DNA of 40,116 nt. Source: Patescibacteria group bacterium (lineage in GTDB: Bacteria; Patescibacteriota; Minisyncoccia; Phycocordibacterales; UBA6065). The notes under the pieces are model-generated. The model had not been told where the DNA came from, made no database searches, and saw only the letters and a program-made list of their open reading frames with translations. Shown one piece after another: positions 35,035 to 40,116 of the stretch. The position numbers and the translations under genes were made by a program. Where the stretch lies: contig JBBTTY010000010.1 of assembly GCA_038063975.1 (NCBI GenBank), positions 1-40,116 of the forward strand, written 5' to 3'. How positions within the stretch are numbered: the first letter of the stretch is position 1; every line of letters begins with the position of its first letter.

Positions 35035-35442
35035 ATGAAACACATGAAAAAAATAATTCATTTTTTTGACAAGCTCGAAGACAAAATTCGTGGAAATTTA
35101 AGCCATATTCCTATTCCTTATTCAATCATAGGAGGTGTTTTGGTCGTTTTATTTTGGCGCGGTATCTGGCATACGGCTGATATTCTCATGAGTAAAGGCG
35201 GCATTCTCGGTTTTATTTTCTATGAACCTGTACAGGTTGTAATCACTATGATAGGACTTCTCATGACAGGTCTGGCTGTTTCAGTTTTCATTGGAGACCG
35301 CATTATCATTTCAGGCTTGAGGCATGAGAAAAAAATAGAAGAGAGAACCGAAGAATTGGTCGAGGAAGAGGAAGTAACGCTCATTAGCGTGCGCAATGAA
35401 ATACGCACCTTGCGCAAGCAGATAGAAACGCTCAAAAAGTAA
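35035..35442 (+). CDS. Hypothetical small membrane protein with a charged coiled-coil tail
   Basis: Two hydrophobic segments are present (IPYSIIGGVLVVLFW, VVITMIGLLMTGLAVSVFIG). The tail EKKIEERTEELVEEEE...LRKQIETLKK follows. The ATG at 35044 is an alternative start. Confidence 0.55.
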   Translation: MKHMKKIIHFFDKLEDKIRGNLSHIPIPYSIIGGVLVVLFWRGIWHTADILMSKGGILGFIFYEPVQVVITMIGLLMTGLAVSVFIGDRIIISGLRHEKKIEERTEELVEEEEVTLISVRNEIRTLRKQIETLKK

Positions 35443-35454
35443 AAGAGTTATAAC

Positions 35455-36429
35455 ATGGCATTTATAGACGAAGTGACATTTCATGTGAAGGCCGGTAGCG
35501 GAGGCTCTGGTGTGGTGCGTTGGCTTCATGAAAAAGGCAAAGAGTTCATGGGTCCAGCTGGAGGTAATGGTGGTCGTGGGGGAGATGTATACATCGAGGC
35601 TGTTCGGGATATAAATATATTGGTCAATTATCGCAATACCAAACATATTTCGGCTGAAAATGGTGGTAATGGTGATAAAAAAAGTATGAATGGTAAGGAT
35701 GGCGATGATCTCATAATAAAATTGCCTATGGGCTCGGTCGTTTACAACAAAGACACAGAGCAGTCTTTTGAATTGCTCAAAGAAGGTGAGAGGGTACTCA
35801 TTTTAAAAGGTGGACGATACGGTCTCGGCAATGAACATTTCAAAGCATCAACAAATCAGAGGCCCCTACAAACCACCGATGGCCGTGCGGGTGAAGAAGG
35901 TGATTTTCATATTATTCTCAAGCTCGTAGTAGACGCCGGTTTTGTTGGTTTTCCCAACGCTGGTAAATCATCACTTTTAAACGCTCTGACGAATGCCAAA
36001 TCAAAAGTGGCGGCTTATCAATTCACCACCCTCGAACCAAATCTCGGTGAAATGCATAAATTCATACTTGCGGATATTCCAGGGCTCATCGAGGGTGCTT
36101 CGGCAGGCAAGGGATTGGGCGATAAATTTTTGCGTCATATCTCGCGGACAAAAATGATTCTCCATTGTATTTCACTAGAAAATGACGATATAAAAACTGC
36201 ATATAAAACAATTCGCGGAGAATTGGAGGCATACTCTTTGGACCTCTCCAAAAAACGTGAAATTATACTCCTCACAAAAACTGATTTGATAGACGAAAAA
36301 ACTTTGAAAGCAAAACTCAAGGAAACTAAAAAATTGAATTCAGATGTTTTCTCTGTTTCGGTTTTGGATGATAAACAAGTAAAAGATTTGAAAGACAGTT
36401 TGGTAAAGATTTTACGCGATTTTTTATAA
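35455..36429 (+). CDS. obg: GTPase Obg/CgtA (Obg fold plus G domain, no C-terminal extension)
   Basis: Motifs: FIDEVTFHVKAGSGGSGVV, GPAGGNGGRGGDVY, G1 GFPNAGKSSLLNA, G2 FTTLEP, G3 DIPGLIEGAS, G4 TKTD. Confidence 0.95.
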   Translation: MAFIDEVTFHVKAGSGGSGVVRWLHEKGKEFMGPAGGNGGRGGDVYIEAVRDINILVNYRNTKHISAENGGNGDKKSMNGKDGDDLIIKLPMGSVVYNKDTEQSFELLKEGERVLILKGGRYGLGNEHFKASTNQRPLQTTDGRAGEEGDFHIILKLVVDAGFVGFPNAGKSSLLNALTNAKSKVAAYQFTTLEPNLGEMHKFILADIPGLIEGASAGKGLGDKFLRHISRTKMILHCISLENDDIKTAYKTIRGELEAYSLDLSKKREIILLTKTDLIDEKTLKAKLKETKKLNSDVFSVSVLDDKQVKDLKDSLVKILRDFL

Positions 36430-36537
36430 AGATTATACCGAAACTTTATTTTTTCTTCATAAAAATTTCATAACTTTTCTTTATAAGTGTTGCGCAGTGT
36501 GAAAAAGTCTTTACGTTATAGATAGTAGGTATATAAT

Positions 36538-37008
36538 TTGGCTGTGAAAAAAGTTTCCAAAAAATTAAAAAGAGATACGACACCAGCCACAAAAACCGAT
36601 GTAAAAGAGATTGTTACGAGTATTATCAAAACTCTTGTACCGTCTATGATTAGACTTGGAATAAAAACGCTTGTACCGTCTATGATTAGACTTGGAATAA
36701 AAACGCTTGTACCGTCTATGATTAGACTTGGAATAAAAACGCTTGTACCGTCTATGATTGATACAAAGATTGAAAGATTGGCAATAATGACAAAAAAGGG
36801 TTTTGACGATATTAATGAGCGGATGGCTACCAAAGAAGAGCTTCATGCCTTTCATAATGATATGAATTTCTTTAAAGGTCAGACTGAAACATCTCTCTAT
36901 TATATTCAAACTGATGTAACGGAACTCAAATCAAAAATGACAAATGTCGAATCACGTTTGGATCGCATAGAGCCTAAACTCGATAGTATAGCCATAATGC
37001 AGATTTAA
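36538..37008 (+). CDS. Hypothetical protein with a 12-aa tandem repeat (KTLVPSMIRLGI x3.5) and a coiled-coil-like C-terminus
   Basis: The ORF has only TTG (36538) or GTG (36544) as possible starts. The repeat is in frame. The C-terminal half (TDVTELKSKMTNVESRLDRIEPKLDSI) has a heptad-like character. Confidence 0.5.
   Translation: MAVKKVSKKLKRDTTPATKTDVKEIVTSIIKTLVPSMIRLGIKTLVPSMIRLGIKTLVPSMIRLGIKTLVPSMIDTKIERLAIMTKKGFDDINERMATKEELHAFHNDMNFFKGQTETSLYYIQTDVTELKSKMTNVESRLDRIEPKLDSIAIMQI
36625..36759 (+). repeat. 36-nt perfect tandem repeat: 3 identical units plus an 18-nt partial unit
   Basis: CTTGTACCGTCTATGATTAGACTTGGAATAAAAACG occurs at 36634-36669, 36670-36705 and 36706-36741 with no mismatch. 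The first 18 nt repeat again at 36742-36759. A degenerate half unit precedes the array. Confidence 0.9.
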
Positions 37009-37083
37009 TAATCATATAGTAATTGTAATGATGTGTGAGTATTAAAACTCGAAATGAAAGTAAGCTTGGTGTAGTATTAGACT

Positions 37084-38514
37084 GTGAAAACTTATAGACC
37101 CACTATCGGCCTCGAGATACACGCGGAACTGGCGACACAGACAAAAATGTTTTGTGATTCCAAAAATGATCCGTTCAATGCAGAGCCAAATACTAATGTT
37201 TGTCCCATATGCATGGGTCATCCCGGAACTTTGCCTGTCATAAATAAAAAAGCAGTCGAACATGTCCTACGTGTCGGTGTTGCAGTTGAGGGAAAAATAG
37301 CTGATTTTACTGAATTTGATCGCAAAAATTATTTTTATCCCGATATTCCAAAAGGCTATCAAATATCTCAATACAAATATCCGCTTGTCAGAGGCGGAGA
37401 GCTCGCAGATGTAAAGATTACACGAATACATTTGGAAGAAGATACTGCATCCTCTGGACATGATGAGGGAGATTATTCTCTCATTGATTTCAATCGTGCG
37501 GGAGTACCTCTCATGGAACTGGTCACGGAACCTATTATCCATTCTCCAGAACAAGCAGGAAATTTCGGGCGAGAGCTCCAATTGCTTTTGCGAACCCTCG
37601 GCGTATCAGAGGCAAACATGGAAAAAGGTGAGATGCGTGTCGAGGCGAATATTTCTGTTTCGGATACGGATAAACTCGGTACAAAAGTCGAAGTAAAAAA
37701 TCTGAACTCTTTTAAATCTGTTGAAAAGGCTATTGCATATGAGATTGAACGTCATACCGCTTTGCTTGAATCTGGCAAAAAAATAGAACAAGAAACCCGT
37801 GGTTGGGATGACACCAAAGGCAAGACTTTTAGCCAGAGAAAGAAGGAGGATTCTCATGATTATCGTTATTTCCCGGATCCTGACCTGCCAAAAATGAAGA
37901 TCTCGGAAATAGCTGAATTTTCAAGAGAAAATTTAGCTAAGACAATGCCTGAATTGCCATGGGAGAAGCGCAAAAGATATGCAAAAATCGGGCTTAAACC
38001 GACTGATATCCATATATACGTTACTATTCCTGAGATAGGCGCTTTTTTTGATTTGGCGGTGGCAGGAATATCTAAAAAAGAATCAATTCTCCTCATGTCG
38101 AACTATATATCGAGCGATATATTAGGATTGATAAAGAAAAAGCACGGCGAAGGTAGAGAAAATGAAATTGCAAAACCGCCATTTGATCCAAAAGAATTCG
38201 CCAGACTCATTGCCCTCATAGAAAATAAAATTATTTTTTCACGTGGAGCAAAAGATATTTTGGCGATTATGTTCGATAGAGGTGGTGATCCAGAAATAAT
38301 TGCCAATAAAAACGGACTGATACAAAAGAGCGATCAAAGCGTTGTGAAAAAGATTGCGAAAGAGGTTATAAATGAAAATCAAAAAGTTGTGGCAGAGTAT
38401 AAAAAAGGGAAACTCACCTCTCTTCAGTTTCTCATAGGTCAAGGCATGAAAAAATCAAAAGGCTCAGTCAATCCGGAAATTTTGAAAACAGTCATTGTCT
38501 CCCTCCTATCGTAA
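37084..38514 (+). CDS. gatB: Asp-tRNA(Asn)/Glu-tRNA(Gln) amidotransferase subunit B
   Basis: Motifs: TIGLEIHAEL, KMFC, NVCPICMGHPGTLPV, FDRKNYFYPDIPKGYQISQ, IHLEEDT, NRAGVPLMELVTEP, RVEANIS, VEVKNLNSF, the C-terminal GatB/YqeY region and LIGQGMK. The start codon is GTG. Confidence 0.95.
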   Translation: MKTYRPTIGLEIHAELATQTKMFCDSKNDPFNAEPNTNVCPICMGHPGTLPVINKKAVEHVLRVGVAVEGKIADFTEFDRKNYFYPDIPKGYQISQYKYPLVRGGELADVKITRIHLEEDTASSGHDEGDYSLIDFNRAGVPLMELVTEPIIHSPEQAGNFGRELQLLLRTLGVSEANMEKGEMRVEANISVSDTDKLGTKVEVKNLNSFKSVEKAIAYEIERHTALLESGKKIEQETRGWDDTKGKTFSQRKKEDSHDYRYFPDPDLPKMKISEIAEFSRENLAKTMPELPWEKRKRYAKIGLKPTDIHIYVTIPEIGAFFDLAVAGISKKESILLMSNYISSDILGLIKKKHGEGRENEIAKPPFDPKEFARLIALIENKIIFSRGAKDILAIMFDRGGDPEIIANKNGLIQKSDQSVVKKIAKEVINENQKVVAEYKKGKLTSLQFLIGQGMKKSKGSVNPEILKTVIVSLLS

Positions 38515-39002
38515 TGAAAAAAGGTTTTTTATTTATTTTTATTTTCATTGTGTTCGTCACACTGGTTGTTTTCATTTACCAGACAAATTTTCAGACAGAG
38601 AAAAAATTTGAAATGCCGGTGGCGAACGATCCTTACAAACATGCCGAAGTGACGATAAACGGAAAGGTTTTTGATGCTTATGTTTCTGATACAGAAAAAC
38701 TCCGAGAAAAAGGGTTGTCTGGATTATCTAGTATAGAAAATAACGAAGTCATGCTCTTTGTTTTGCCAAATTCAGATATGTATGGCTTTTGGATGAAAGA
38801 TATGTTTTTTGCCATAGATATTCTCTGGCTCGATGATAATTTTGAAGTAGTTTCTTTCAAAAAAAATGTCTCTCCGGATACTTTTCCAAAGATTTTCTTT
38901 CCAAAGAAACCAGCGAAATATGTCATTGAATTAAAATCAGGTACCCTCACAAAATTGGTCCTGAAAGATCATGACAAAATCTCTATCACCGGTGGGAAAT
39001 AA
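38514..39002 (+). CDS. DUF192 (COG1430) domain protein with an N-terminal signal/anchor
   Basis: An N-terminal hydrophobic helix is present. Motifs: GLSG...MLFV...FWMKDMFFAIDILWLD...PAKYVIELKSG. The ATG overlaps the gatB TAA by 1 nt. Confidence 0.8.
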   Translation: MKKGFLFIFIFIVFVTLVVFIYQTNFQTEKKFEMPVANDPYKHAEVTINGKVFDAYVSDTEKLREKGLSGLSSIENNEVMLFVLPNSDMYGFWMKDMFFAIDILWLDDNFEVVSFKKNVSPDTFPKIFFPKKPAKYVIELKSGTLTKLVLKDHDKISITGGK

Positions 39003-39267
39003 GATTTTTACAAATTTTTCAGTGGGAAATTCTTTATTTTTCTTCTTTTTCCTTTATGTCGTATTTTTTTGCTACACAACTCAAAAAAACTAGTAAATAA
39101 ATTTTGAAACTAGTTCCAATCTAGACTGATTTTAGGGCGTACAGAGAATAAGGCTATTTTCGTTTCTTTACAAAAAATTATGACTGTTCTCTAAAGAAAA
39201 AAATCGAACGATAAATATTTTTTTTACATTAAAGCTCGTGTAAAATAGACAGACATATAAAAACATC

Positions 39268-40116
39268 ATGAATATTTTCATCACTCATCGAGACGGCACC
39301 AAAGAACTCTTTAATGCCGATAAAATAAATCGCTCGATTGAACGCGCAACTAAAAGCTTGACTGATCCTATATCAATGGTTACGCAAATTGCCACCGATA
39401 CTAGGCTCACTCTCTATGATGGTATGACGACAGAGGAATTAGACAAGGCTACCATCAATGCAGCCATTCAAAATATCCAATACGATACTGATTTTGACAA
39501 AGTTGCCACCCGTCTCTTGCTCAAAACAATATATAAAAAGGTCTTAGGGGATTATGATACAGACAATCAATCTGATCTAGCTTTAAAACATCGCCAAAAT
39601 TTTGTTTCTTATGTGCAAAATGGCGTCGCTCTAAATCGTCTTCATCCAAATATGGTAGAAAAATATGATCTCGACAAATTAGCCTCTGTTTTAGATATCT
39701 CTCGTGATGATATTTTTTTATATTCTGGACTCGATGGTTTGATGAATCGTTATTCGATAAAAAATATAAAACAAGAACAAACAGAGACTCCTCAGTATCT
39801 CTTTATGCGTATCGCTATGGGATTGTCATACAATGAAACGAATCCGACTGAATGGGCGATCAAGTTTTACGACAAGATGTCTCGCCACGAATTCATTGCC
39901 GGCGGTTCGACCAATCTGGCCTCTGGAACAAACAGACCTTCTCTCGCGAATTGTTTTTTGCTCGAGATTCATGATGATATGATTCATATAGCCAAATCGG
40001 TTTCTGATGTCATGCTCCTCTCCAAAGGTTCTGGTGGTATCGGTGCTTCTATTACCAAACTACGAGCATCAGGATCACCTCTCAAGTCAAACTCCGGCGG
40101 AGTGTCCACTGGCCCG
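39268..40116 (+). CDS. Ribonucleotide reductase catalytic (alpha) subunit, 5' part only; runs off the window end
   Basis: This ORF is not in the ORF track because no stop is reached. The ATG at 39268 opens a frame that stays open for 283 codons. An N-terminal ATP-cone is present (ITHRDGTKELFNADKINRSIERA). Motifs: PQYLFMRIAMGL, the active-site region SLANCFLLEIHDDM and LSKGSGGIGASITKLRASGSPL. The ending SNSGGVSTGP resembles class II NrdJ (..GGTASGP), but the class is not certain. Confidence 0.9.
   Translation, partial: MNIFITHRDGTKELFNADKINRSIERATKSLTDPISMVTQIATDTRLTLYDGMTTEELDKATINAAIQNIQYDTDFDKVATRLLLKTIYKKVLGDYDTDNQSDLALKHRQNFVSYVQNGVALNRLHPNMVEKYDLDKLASVLDISRDDIFLYSGLDGLMNRYSIKNIKQEQTETPQYLFMRIAMGLSYNETNPTEWAIKFYDKMSRHEFIAGGSTNLASGTNRPSLANCFLLEIHDDMIHIAKSVSDVMLLSKGSGGIGASITKLRASGSPLKSNSGGVSTGP

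Noticed and set aside
36625-36759. The 36-nt repeats could be mistaken for a CRISPR array.
   Set aside because: The units are directly adjacent with no spacers, lie in frame within an ORF, and no cas genes are present.
39003-39267. I looked for a cobalamin riboswitch or NrdR boxes upstream of the ribonucleotide reductase gene.
   Set aside because: I found no B12-box-like GC-rich conserved core and no paired NrdR-type palindromes. The region shows only an AT-rich spacer with a short direct repeat (AAACTAGT...AAACTAGTT) and a 7-bp inverted repeat (TTTTACA...TGTAAAA). Neither is distinctive enough to call.
1-40116. I screened the window for mobile-element genes (transposase, integrase, recombinase), toxin-antitoxin pairs, restriction-modification genes and other defence genes.
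   Set aside because: No ORF shows motifs of these families. The only HTH_17 (excisionase-like) protein has no partner integrase and sits at the head of a biosynthetic operon.

Overview
This is a densely coding, AT-rich bacterial window. Hand-counted 60-nt samples give about 22-40% GC in the centre of the glycan locus and about 40-60% in the flanks. The genetic code is standard: TAA, TAG and TGA all end long ORFs. Positions 86-26258 form one large cell-surface glycan biosynthesis locus in six alternating-strand gene blocks. It holds a carbamoyltransferase, an SGNH hydrolase and five GT2-type glycosyltransferases, one of which is fused to a methyltransferase. It also holds one canonical and one divergent GT11-type fucosyltransferase, a GT4, a CgeB-like GT, three or four further methyltransferases and an AsnB-type amidotransferase. 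The remaining genes are a split transketolase, three extended SDRs, an Fcl/ColC-type GDP-sugar reductase, Gmd, a ColD-like PLP 3-dehydratase, the Wzm/Wzt ABC exporter and a small HTH protein. No initiating phosphoglycosyltransferase or manB/manC is visible. The right third carries a GC-richer monocistronic B12-binding radical SAM gene with its own terminator, then a Wzy_C/O-antigen-ligase-like membrane protein fused to TPR repeats. After these come housekeeping genes: murB, secA, dedA, obg, gatB, a DUF192 gene and a 3'-truncated ribonucleotide reductase. I recognised no rRNA, tRNA, CRISPR array, transposase or integrase. The gene set and compact style fit a small-genome, possibly Patescibacteria/CPR-like organism, but that is inference only. 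The most unusual signal is a structured palindromic element of about 110 nt present twice within 800 bp. One copy lies in the spacer upstream of murB and the other is an in-frame 38-codon insertion inside murB. The two copies share a 71-nt core (65/71 identical), but their outer arms differ in sequence and are each self-complementary (27 bp in murB; 16 + 6 bp around a 3-nt mismatch in the spacer copy). Other leads are a likely GDP-colitose branch (Gmd + His-for-Lys ColD-like enzyme + Fcl/ColC), a split transketolase embedded among nucleotide-sugar enzymes, a Wzt with a C-terminal glycan-recognition-type extension alongside many methyltransferases, and a perfect 36-nt in-frame tandem repeat in a small ORF.
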